Source of the DNA: Squalus acanthias
Lineage: Eukaryota
Length of the DNA stretch: 64,000 nucleotides
Assembly: GCA_030390025.1 (NCBI GenBank)
Contig: CM059428.1
Location: 34,658,001-34,722,000 of the forward strand
Direction: 5' to 3'
Shown here: positions 10,263 to 20,329 of the stretch, piece after piece
Layout of the letters: each line of letters starts with the position of its first letter
How positions within the stretch are numbered: the first letter of the stretch is position 1
Position numbers and translations under genes: made by a program
Notes under the pieces: generated by a model
Database searches by the model: none
Told to the model about the DNA's origin: nothing
Seen by the model: the letters and a program-made list of their open reading frames with translations, nothing else

Positions 10263-11323
10263 AAGTGGTAGAATCCTCTCGGATCATGTGTGAATAATGG
10301 GCTTCAAGAGCGAGGTGCTGGGCAGCAGATGGCATCAGTCGAACCTGGTTAGCAGGCCCAGAACCTCAGATAAATAAGGGGGAATACATAATACTTTTAA
10401 GAAAGTTTTTTTTTTGCAAAAGTTGCACAAATTTTCTTTAAAAAAAAAGTTCTTTAAAAGAAAGAAATTCTTAATTGTTGTGTTTGAAATATTGGATAAA
10501 ACTGTGTTATGAACACTTTGACCAGTACTGTGCAAGATATCCACTGATATCAGCAGTGCACATAGGGAGTGAAGACCAAGTGTAATCCTGAGGTGAAGCA
10601 GGGGCTAAATGGTCCAGGGCACACAGATGTAATTCAGTCCCTTATTTTAAAGTCACACATTCTGTCCTTACTTTTATATAACACTTCTATTTTATATTAA
10701 ATATTTAACATTGAGCAATTTGGGAACTAGAGTTGGTTGGAGCAAAGGAGTTTCTCCACAGTACAAGCTGAGGAGCTTGGAGGTACACAACTGTGGTTCT
10801 ACATCCCCACCTCTGGCAGGGTGTAATTACGGTGTGACAAGTTTACATAGGCAGCTTCCATTATAAATATGGACATGGAATTTATAAATGGGAAAAGTTG
10901 ATAACACCAAGGTTTCCAGACAGGAGGTGCACATCGATACAAGATTATAGATATATTATAGATTTAATATAGATATAATATCGATATATTATAGATTTTC
11001 TGGCTGTGTCTTTAAGTAAAGAGAAAGATGACTGGAATCATTGCGAGGATATAAATATTCCATTGTCATGCAGCATTTACATGCCAAACAATAGACAGGG
11101 TGAAAGCACTGGACACTGGCCCAAAAATTCCAAGTCACCAAATGGCACTACATAGCATCATGTTAGTGGTTCCCATAATGAACTGGTTGGAAAAGGACAT
11201 TTGAACAATTTAATTTCACCCCAAGTCTATCATACGATTTGCACAGGTTTTACTTAAAAAGAATGGTACGCATTCTACGCTTCTTAAGTCTGCCAATCTG
11301 CCCTCATCAGATCTGGTGCTTAC

Positions 11324-11518
11324 CTGAATACGTCTTCTTGAGTGAGCGACTGATCCAGATATTGTCTGTAGACTTTGAACCCTGAGGATTCTTAGTGCTA
11401 ATATTTGTGAAAGTATTTGCTGGGACACAGTGAAGAAACTTCTCTTTTCGTAGGAGGTCAAAATCATTCGCGTCAGGCGACAGGTTGAAGTCCCCCAAAA
11501 TTACAACGTCCTTTTCAC
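11324..11518 (-). CDS. EEPD1: EEPD1 coding exon (195 nt)
   Basis: Acceptor tttcAG, donor CAG|GTAAGC. Encodes GEKDVVILGDFNLSPDANDFDLLRKEKF...NPQGSKSTDNIWISRSLKKTYS with the GDFN motif. Confidence 0.96.
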
Positions 11519-12856
11519 CTGAAAATGAAACAAATAGGAGGAAAACAAATCACCAACAGTCCAGAGGTACTGTCATTAACAGCTGTAACAAGAGGAGACC
11601 TGGCTCATTAATAGTTTAACAATCAGTCACAAGGGAACAGTTTTAATTTAGGGTGGAATCAACATGTATGTGAATTCAGTCTCTTCCGCAGCCCAGAGCT
11701 ACCACTGAACATGAATCTGGCTTCGACTCAATACTATTATTTTTTCTTCACAATAGAAGCTTTAGGAGATGCAAACATTTCCCTTGTCCTGGGCTGAAGG
11801 AACAAACTGGTTCTTTCGTCATTCTGACTTGACGGGATACCATTGTCCTCTCACCGTCTTCCCCCTCCACTAAAAATAAACCTGCACAGATGCCAACTGA
11901 GACACAGTGCAGGGCAGGACAGGACACAAGCGGAGGGCTTTTGGACTAGTTGGAGTTAATGAGGGAGGACAGGAGGCCAGCAAGGAGCAGTCATCCAGAA
12001 GTGACAAAGGTGTATTTCAGGAGCAGAAGGGGCTGGGTAGGGGCAGAGGCTGGCAGTGTTGCGGAGGTGGAAGTAAGCGATCTCAGTAATTGACCAGATG
12101 TGGGGTTTAAAGCCAAGCTCAAGATCACAAACATTACAACAGTGACTACACGTCAAAAGTACTTCATTGACTGTAAAGCGCTTCGAGACATCCCAAGGTC
12201 GTGAAAGGCGCTAAATAAATGCGAGTCTTTCTTTCAAACGGTCTGGTTCAGTTTAAGGGAGGTGAATGGATTCAGTGACATGGAAATGGAATCCGTGGCA
12301 CGGGCTAAACACAATGGAGTCATCCTTCCCGACTGACAAATTAACTACATAGGGGGAAATCTCCTCATCTCCTAAAAGGAAGGTCCTGAATGAACAATGG
12401 CTGTTGGCAGCTTCGCATGTGATTCAGTGCAGGAGATCCGATTGGGCTGTGGTGTGCTAAATCTGCTCCTAACGTGCATAGGAAACTACGAATGCAGCTA
12501 CTGAATATAACAGTGGCATGCAAAAGTTTGACAAAAACACAAGTTGGGTTTGTGGGCTATTTTTGGTTGCTGTTGGCCAGATTGAATCCAATGTATGATT
12601 TTTTTTTTTAAACTAATATTTAGATGCTAATTGTTGACAAATGTAATCAAATCCAAAGGAACACTGGCATATTTCATCAGGATGAGTTTAGAACCAATCT
12701 TAAAAACATAGTTTAAAACTTAACTGCCACTGACTTGCAGTTTTAAAGTAAACAGTGGGTCCCTGACTAGGTGTTAATTATTGTGGCTGGCAGTTGACTG
12801 ACCAGTTATAACTAGTGGGTTTCTAAAAAGTTATATACTGTACTAGAGGGACCCAG

Positions 12857-13199
12857 ACCATCGCTGACCTCACCACCTCTGGAGATCTGCCCTCCCCCCA
12901 CCACCCTCCACCCCATGGCCTCCAATGTCATAGTCCCCCAACCCCGCTTTTACCTCCTTCCCAAGATTCACAAACAGGACTGCCCTGGTAGACCAATTGT
13001 TTCAGCCTGATCTTGCCCCACAAAACTTACTTCTTCCTATCTCGACTATTTTTTTCCCCTTGTTCAGTCTCTTCTGACCTGCATCCACAACTCTTCCAAC
13101 GCCCTCTGCCACTTTAACATTTTACAGATTCCTGGCCCTAACCGTCTCCTTTCCACCCTGGACGTTCAGTCCCTCTACACCTCCATTCCCCACCAGGAT
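12857..13199 (+). mobile_element. Degenerate Penelope RT fragment
   Basis: Pieces translate to FYLLPKIHKQDCPGRPIVSA and DVQSLYTSIPHQD (PLE RT motifs), with stops and frameshifts. Confidence 0.85.
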
Positions 13200-13328
13200 A
13201 AATGCTTGAAAGGGGGAAAAGTTGCAGGGTTATGGGGAAAGGGCAGGTGAGTGGGACTAGTTGGTTAGCTCTACCAAAGAGGCACGATGGGTCGAATGGC
13301 CTCCTTCTGTGCAGTATGATTCTATGAT
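13200..13328 (+). mobile_element. CR1 3' terminal fragment
   Basis: GAATGGCCTCCTTCTGTGC followed by a TATGATTCTATGA tail. Confidence 0.8.
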
Positions 13329-13615
13329 AGTATTGGTTCAGTTGAGAAGAAATTCACAAACAAAAATTAACATTGTGTCTTTGGGGTTAAATTCCAGTGG
13401 GGGAAACTGAAATTACAGCTGATCCAAAATACTACAAATAACTTATTAAATATCAATTTTCTGGGACAGTAGGCCATCCAATACCCCACAAGAAAAATAA
13501 TCTCACAGCTCCCACCTGAGTCCTTCTTCAGGGGGCTCATGTACTTCAGTTTTTTTCCTACTATTCAAATAATGTAATGTTGGACATAGTGGCTGCTGAA
13601 GTTATCACAAGCTGT

Positions 13616-13872
13616 AAAAAGAAAGACTTGCATTTATATCGTGCCTTTCACGACCTCATAATGTCAAGACGTCCCAAAGGGCTTTACAGCCAATAAAGTA
13701 TTTCTGAAGTGTAGTCACTGTTGTAATGTTGGAAACGCGGCAGCCAATTTGCGCCCAGTAATGTTCCAGAAACAGCAATGTGATAATGACCAAATCATCT
13801 GTTTTAGTGATGTTGGTTGAGGGATAAATATTAGCCGGGACACCAGGGAGAACTCCCCTGTTCTTCTTCAAA
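13616..13872 (-). mobile_element. Deu-domain SINE, 3' half
   Basis: Reverse complement of GGGGAGTTCTCCCTGGTGTCC...AAATGCAAGTCTTTC, matching the full-length copies. Confidence 0.85.
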
Positions 13873-14452
13873 TCAAAAGGTAGCATTTTTGTAACCAATC
13901 TTTGACCGCCATATTTAAAAAATAAATGAGGTCAAGTTTAGACAATGGCCAATGCAGGGCATAGCAGCTTTGTACATCCCTAAATAACCTCTGCAAACAT
14001 TGCTTTTAAAGCAGTAATCTCAGCGCAATTACCCTGGGTCACTTTCTGCCATAATACTTCAAGGTTAATGCAGTATGAACTGCCAGTTAAAGTTAATTTA
14101 AAATCACAGAAATATTACCCCTGTATAGGTTGACAAATTTGTCGTATATAACATTACACTCTTGTACCAAGATTTGCATTTTGATCCCCCTCCCCCATAC
14201 CTCCAAATAGGATGCCCATGCATAAAGACTGGCCAGTAGAGCGAAGTACAGGAGGGTGGTTGGGAATCGATGGGGACCAACTCCAGCATCATGACTAAAC
14301 ATCCTCAGGATAGATGGGGAGGGAGTTGAAAAACAAGTAACAGTTGTACAGTCCCAACTTGCTGCTGCACCACGACCCAGATTCCTCGTGAGAAATTATT
14401 CAGAGAGAATTACACGCAGGAGGTTTTTTTTGCTACCAGTGCTGTGTTTTAC

Positions 14453-14579
14453 CTTTCAGGGTGTCCTGAAGAGTGTCTGTAAATAGCGAGACTTTATGGC
14501 CATCAGCGTGAGTTTTCTCTCCCGCAGGGACTGCTCCTTTCAGATGGATATTTACCAGGGTAACATTGACTGTTCCAAC
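14453..14579 (-). CDS. EEPD1: EEPD1 coding exon (127 nt); not in the supplied ORF track
   Basis: Acceptor ttcctcaacAG, donor AAG|GTAAAA. Manual translation VGTVNVTLVNIHLKGAVPAGEKTHADGHKVSLFTDTLQDTLK(G) contains the EEP NxHL motif. Phase 0/1 fits both neighbours. Confidence 0.93.
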
Positions 14580-14640
14580 CTGTTGAGGAAAAACACACAA
14601 GTAACAGAATGGGATCCACTACAAGGAAGCACTGAACGGA

Positions 14641-14909
14641 CAGGGTTGCCAATCCTCCAGGATTATGCTGAGTCTCTAGGAATTAAAGATTAATCTCCAG
14701 GACGCAGCTGCGAGCATCCCTGCAGAAAAATCATCGGGGCATTTAAAAAAAAAAAGGGTTGTTTTCTTCATTTTCTTTGAACACTTTGTTTATTAGTTAT
14801 AAAAGTATTCGAAATGGGAAAAATTCTGTTTGACTGGGCAGGAAGTTGGAGGAGGGAGGTCATGTGATGAAACCTCCAGGAATATGTTCAACCAGGGTTG
14901 GCAACCTTA
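14641..14909. mobile_element. Old hAT-like MITE, about 60 bp from an EEPD1 splice acceptor
   Basis: Imperfect TIRs CAGGGTTGCCAATCCT / AGGGTTGGCAACCTTA. A second, inverted copy lies at about 38675-38892. TSD not recognisable. Confidence 0.65.
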
Positions 14910-15116
14910 TAAATAGCTGGATGAAAAGGAACACCGAAAATGGGTCACCTTTATAAACATTTCTGTATAAGCAGATTATAGCAAGACAAATCCAGTGCGT
15001 AATACCAAAAGAATTTACGGCAATTTGCATAATAAATTACAAGTACATAAAAATCACAGAAAAATAACTGTATGGGTACTCGCATTATCTTTCCTCCCAT
15101 GTCTTTCAATTAAAAA

Positions 15117-15518
15117 GCAGTGACTCAGTTGGTAACACTCGCGCCCGAGTCAGAATGATGCGTGTTCACATCCCACTCAGAGACTTGGGCACAAAATCTA
15201 GGCTTCAGCACAGTACTGAGGGAGTGCTGCACTGTCGGAGGCCCCATATGCGCTCTCAGGTGGCTGTAAAAGATCCCATGGCACTATTTCGAAGAAGAGC
15301 AGGAGAGTACTCCTGGTGTCCTTGTCAATGTTTATCCCTCAACCAACACCCCTACCTCATTGCTGTTTGTGGGACCTTGCCGTGCACAAATTGGCTGCTG
15401 CATTTCCTACATTACAACAGTGACTACACTTCAAAAAGTACTTAATTGGCTGCAAAGCTCCTTGGGTTATCTGGAGGTTGTGAAAGGCGCTATATAAATG
15501 CAACTTCTTTCCTTTTTT
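15117..15518 (+). mobile_element. tRNA-derived Deu-domain SINE (SacSINE1-like), internally deleted
   Basis: A-box-like TGACTCAGTTGG, Deu core AAAAGATCCCATGGCACTATTTCGAAGAAGAGCAGG, L2-like tail. Confidence 0.85.
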
Positions 15519-16199
15519 GTAGCAAACCCTTTATTGCTACAGTGTAAACAGTGATTAAAATAAAGTTTAAATATCGGCACTTTTTCTCCCCCAAATCCTG
15601 TAAAGTTAATAAATTAGGAACAAAATGATCCCACTCACTACAAGTTGTTATGAGAGAAACTTCAGCCGTTCACTAATCAGTTTTCAGTAAGTTATTATAG
15701 CTGTGAGCAGAGGTTATCTGTGAGAAAATCATCCAATGGTCAGGTTTACAGTCACAGCCTGAAACAGTTATCATCTCCATCACTGCTGTGCTTTTCAGGC
15801 AATGGTAAGTACAGATTAGAAGCTATTTATTTTGTCCTCCTGCACCTCAGCTTCCTTTCTCCCCCCGCACCCCCCCAACCCACGAAGGGAAGGGGTGTGT
15901 GGCTTCAAGGGCACCAGCGGGCCTGACGCCTCAAACAAGTGGCCACTCCGAGTGAGCGAGCTGTGTCGGCAGACTGTTGGGCTATGGAATCTGGGATCTC
16001 TTGCTGTGTGTGGCACAGACCCAAAGCAGGCAGTGCATTTACCTACCACGCCAATGTGAGAACCATTGGACACAATTTCCTTTTTTTTTTAAAGCTGCCC
16101 CCCAACTGCTGCGCATTTAAATAGTTGGAGCCCTATGTTGGGTTTAAACAGGATATGGTCATGTAGTTCTCTGTAGCATTAAAGTCTGATCTCTTCCTA

Positions 16200-16622
16200 G
16201 TACCTTGGTTGGACCACACTTAGTACTGTGCACAGATCTGGTCTCCATATTACAAAAAGGATATAGAGGCACTGGCGAAGATGTAAAACAGATTTAAAAA
16301 GCTGATACTATAACTATCAGGAAAGGCTCAACAGGCTGGCGCTCTTCTCTAGAAATGAGAAACCCGAGGGGTGACCTGATAGAAGTCTTTAAAATTATTA
16401 AGGGGTTTGATAGGGTAGATGTAGAGCAGATGTTTCCACTTGTGGGGGGATTTCAAAACTAGGGGCAATAAATACAAGAAAGTCACTAATAAATCCAGGA
16501 GAAACTTCTTTACCCAGAGATTGGTTAGAATGTGGAACTCGCTACCACAAGGAGTAGTTGAGGTGAATAGCATAGATGCATATAAGGGGAAGCTAGATAA
16601 GCATATGAGGGAGAAAGGTATA
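16200..16622 (+). mobile_element. Older CR1 3' fragment (left part; continues at 20228-20300)
   Basis: RT C-terminus ...NSLPQGVVEVNSIDAYKGKLDKHMREKG; resumes as GTATAGAAGGATATGCTG at 20228. Confidence 0.82.
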
Positions 16623-16812
16623 AGAACATAAGAAATAGGAGCAGGAGTAGGCCAATCGGCCCCTCGAGCCTGCTCCGCCATTCAATAAGATCATGGCTGA
16701 TCTGATCCTAACCTCAAATCTAAAGAACACAAGAAGTAGGAGCAGGAGCCAGCCACAAAGCCCCTGGGCCCGCTCCGCCACCCACAGGGCCTGGACCGAT
16801 CCGAACTCAGCC

Positions 16813-18624
16813 TCATGTCCAATTTCCTGCCCGCTCCCCGTAACCCATAATTCCCTTTACTTCTAGGAAACTGTCTATTTCTGTTTTAAATTTATTTAAT
16901 GATGTAGCTTCCACAGCTTCCTGGGGCAGCAAATTCCACAGACCTACTACCCTCTGAGTGAGGAAGTTTCTCCTCATCTCAGTTTTGAAAGAGCAGCCCC
17001 TTATTCTAAGATTATGCCCCCTAGTTCTAGTTTCACCCATCCTTGGGAACATCCTTACCGCATCCACCCGATCAAGCCCCTTCACAATCTTATATGTTTC
17101 AATAAGATCGCCTCTCATTCTTCTGAACTCCAATGAGTAGAGTCCCAATCTACTCAACCTCTCCTCATATGTCCACCCCCTCATCCCCGGGATTAACCGA
17201 GTGAACCTTCTTTGTACTGCCTCGAGAGCAAGTATGTCTTTTCTTAAGTATGGACACCAAAACTGTATGCAGTATTCCAGGTGCGGTCTCACCAATACCT
17301 TATATAACTGCAGCAATACCTCCCTGTTTTTATAATCTATCTCCCTAGCAATAAAAGCCAACATTCCGTTGGCCTTCTTGATCACCTGCTGCACCTGCAT
17401 ACTAACTTTTTGATTTTCTTGCACTAGGACCCCCAGATCCCTTTGTACTGCAGTACTTTCCAGTTTCTCGCCATTAAGATAATAACTTGCTCTCTGATTT
17501 TTCCTGCCAAAGTGCATAACCTCACATTTTCCAATATTGTATTGCATCTGCCAAATCTCCGCCCACTCACCCAGCCTGTCTATATCCCCTTGTAGGTTTT
17601 TTATGTCCTCCTCACTTTCTACTTTCCCTCCCATCTTTGTATCATCTGCAAACTTTGATATGTTACACTCGGTCCCCTCCTCCAAATCGTTAATATAGAT
17701 TGTAAAGAGTTGGGGACCCAGCACCGACCCCTGCGGAACACCACTGGCTACTGGTTGCCAGTCCGAGAATGAACCATTTATCCCAACTCTCTGCTTCCTG
17801 TTAGATAACCAATCCTCCACCCATGCCAGAATATTCCCCCCAATCCAGTGATTTTTTATCTTGAGCAATAATCTTTTATGTGGCACCTTGTCGAATGCCT
17901 TCTGGAAGTCTAAATACACTACGTCCACTGGTTCCCCTTTATCCACCCTGTACGTTATGTCCTCAAAGAACTCAAGCAAATTTGTCAGACATGACTTCCC
18001 CTTCATAAAGCCATGCTGACTTTGTCCTATTAAATTATGTTTATCTAAATGTTCCGTTACTGTCTCCTTAATAATAGACTCCAAAATTTTACCCACCACG
18101 GATGTTAGGCTAACTGGTCTATAATTTCCAGCCTTCTGCCTACTACCCTTTTTAAATAAGGGTGTTACATTAGCAGTTTTCCAATCTGCCGGGACCTTTG
18201 CTGAGTCCAGGAAATTTTGGAAAATTACCAAAGCATCCACAATCCCTACTGCCACTTCCCTCAAGACCCTAGGATGTAAGCCATCAGGTCCAGGGGATTT
18301 ATCCGCCTTGAGTCCCATTATTTTACTGAGTACCAATTCCTTAGTGATTTTAATCGTATTTAGCTCCTCCCCCTTAGAGCCCCGTTTGTCCAGTGTTGGG
18401 ATATTCTTAGTGTCCTCTACCGTAAAGACTGAAACAAAATATTTGTTCAGCATTTTTGCCATCTCCATGTTTCCCACCATTAATTTCCCGGTCTCATCCT
18501 CTAAGGGACCTATGTTTGCCTTAGCCACCCTTTTTCTTTTTATATAACTATAGAAACTCTTGCTATCTGTTTTTATATTTTTTGTTAATTTATTTTCATA
18601 ATCTATCTTCCCTTTCTTAATCAA
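16813..18624 (-). pseudogene. CR1 ORF2 reverse transcriptase portion (603 open codons)
   Basis: KSPGPDG, NYRPVSLTS, YLDFQKAFDKV, GVPQGSVLGP, FADD motifs. Confidence 0.95.
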
Positions 18625-18765
18625 TCCTTTAGTTACTTTTTGCTGTCTTTTGAAGACTTCCCAATCTTCTATCCTCCCACTAAGTTTGGCTACCTTATAT
18701 GTCCTTGTTTTTAGTCGGATACTATCCTTAATTTCTTACTTAGCCACGGATGGCTGTCATTTCTT

Positions 18766-19701
18766 TTACACCCTTTTTTCCTCAGTGGAATATATATTTT
18801 TTTGAAAGTTGTAAAATAACTCCTTAAATGAACACCACTGCTCATGTACCGTCTTACCCTTTAATCTATTTTCCCAGTCCACTTTAATCAATTCCGCTCT
18901 CATACCATCATCGTCTCCTTTATTCAAGCTCAGTACGCTTGTTTGAGAACCAACCTTCTCACCCTCTAATTGGATATGGAATTCAACCATGTTATGGTCA
19001 CTCATTCCAAGGGGATCCTTAACTAGGACATTATTAATTAATCCTGACTCATTACACAGGACCAGGTCCAAGGTTGCTTGCCCCCTTGTAGGATCAGTTA
19101 CATACTGCTCAAGAAATCCATCCCTAATACACTCAATAAACTCTTCCTCAAGGCTGCCCTGCCCAATTTGATTTGTCCAGTTAATATGATAGTTAAAATC
19201 CCCCATAATAATAGCTGTTCCCTTATTACATGCCCCAACTATTTCCTGATTAATACTTCTTCCAGCAGAGTTGCAACTATTAGGAGGCCTATATACTACT
19301 CCAACTAGTGTTTTTTTCCCCTTATTATTCCTTATCTCCACCCAAACTGTTTCATTATCCTGATCCTTTGACCCAATATCATTTCTCTGTAATACAGTGA
19401 TTCCTTCCTTTATGAACATAGCCACCCGACCTCCTCTTCCTTCCTGCCTGTCCTTCCTGATTGTTAAATACCCTGGCATATTTAATTCCCAGTCGTTGTC
19501 ACCCTGCAGCCATGTTTCTGTAATGGCCACAAGATCATACCCATACGTAGTTATTTGTACCGTCAACTCGTCTATTTTGTTACGAATGCTGCGTGCATTC
19601 AGATAAAGAACTTTCAAATATGTTTTGTGACACTTAGTTCCTGCTTTTTCCTTTTTTAACACTTTACCTTTTACTCCATACCTTCTGCCCCTTCCTGACA
19701 C
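18766..19701 (-). pseudogene. CR1 ORF2 APE-type endonuclease portion
   Basis: YLNARS, ITETW, VYRPP, GDFN, LDL, SDH motifs. Separated from the RT by two frameshifts near 18795 and 18735. Confidence 0.93.
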
Positions 19702-19745
19702 GCTTTCCTCTGTCTCCCTGCTCAGGTGCCCAACCCCCTGCCACT

Positions 19746-20222
19746 TTAGTTTAAACCCTCCCCAACAGCACTAGCAAACACTCCCCCTAGGACAGCGGTC
19801 CTGGCCCTGCCCAGGTGCAGACCGTCCGGTTTGTACTGGTCCCACCTCCCCCAGAACCGGTTCCAATGTCCCAGGAATTTGAATCCCTCCCCCTTGCACC
19901 ATTCCTCTAGCCACGTATTCATTTGAAATATCCTCCTATTTCTACTCTGACTAGCACGTGGCACTGGTAGCAATCCTGAGATTACTACCTTTGAGGTCCT
20001 ATTTTTAAAAATTTACCTCCTAACTCCCTATATTCTGCTTTTAGGACCTCATCCCCTTTTTTACCTATATTGTTGGTGCCTATGTGCACCACGACAGCTG
20101 GCTGTTCGCCCTCCCCCTCCAAAATGTTCTGTAGCCGCTCCGAGACGTCCTTGACCCTTGCACCAGGGAGGCAACACACCATCCTGGAGTCTCGGTTGCG
20201 GCCGCAGAAACACCTATCTATT
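19746..20222 (-). pseudogene. CR1 ORF1 SGNH-esterase domain, 5'-truncated and frameshifted
   Basis: GIDRCFCGR...CCLPGARV...VVHIGTNN...DGLHL (SGNH blocks II, III, V); frameshift near 20005. Confidence 0.85.
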
Positions 20223-20329
20223 CCTATGTATAGAAGGATATGCTGAATATTGCAAGATGAAGCTCGTGTGGAGCATAAATACTGGTATAGACCAATTGGG
20301 CAGCATGGAAATGAAATTGGCTAAGTGAC

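Larger units (their letters stand above)
16623..20227 (-). mobile_element. 5'-truncated young CR1 LINE (3.6 kb): esterase ORF1 C-terminus, ORF2 (APE endonuclease and RT), duplicated 3' UTR
   Basis: 5-bp direct repeat GTATA at 16618-16622 and 20228-20232 splits an older CR1. ORF motifs are listed in the next three features. Confidence 0.95.

Noticed and set aside
10942-10998. AT-rich imperfect repeat (GATATATTATAGATTT twice)
   Set aside because: Simple slippage duplication with no further structure.
16722-16820. ADAR hyper-edited retrocopy as the explanation for the inner 3' UTR
   Set aside because: Only a minority of the differences are A>G in element sense; many other substitution types are present.
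18766-19701. Second EEP-family host gene nested in EEPD1
   Set aside because: It is the APE endonuclease of the CR1 ORF2; sharing a fold with EEPD1 is coincidental.
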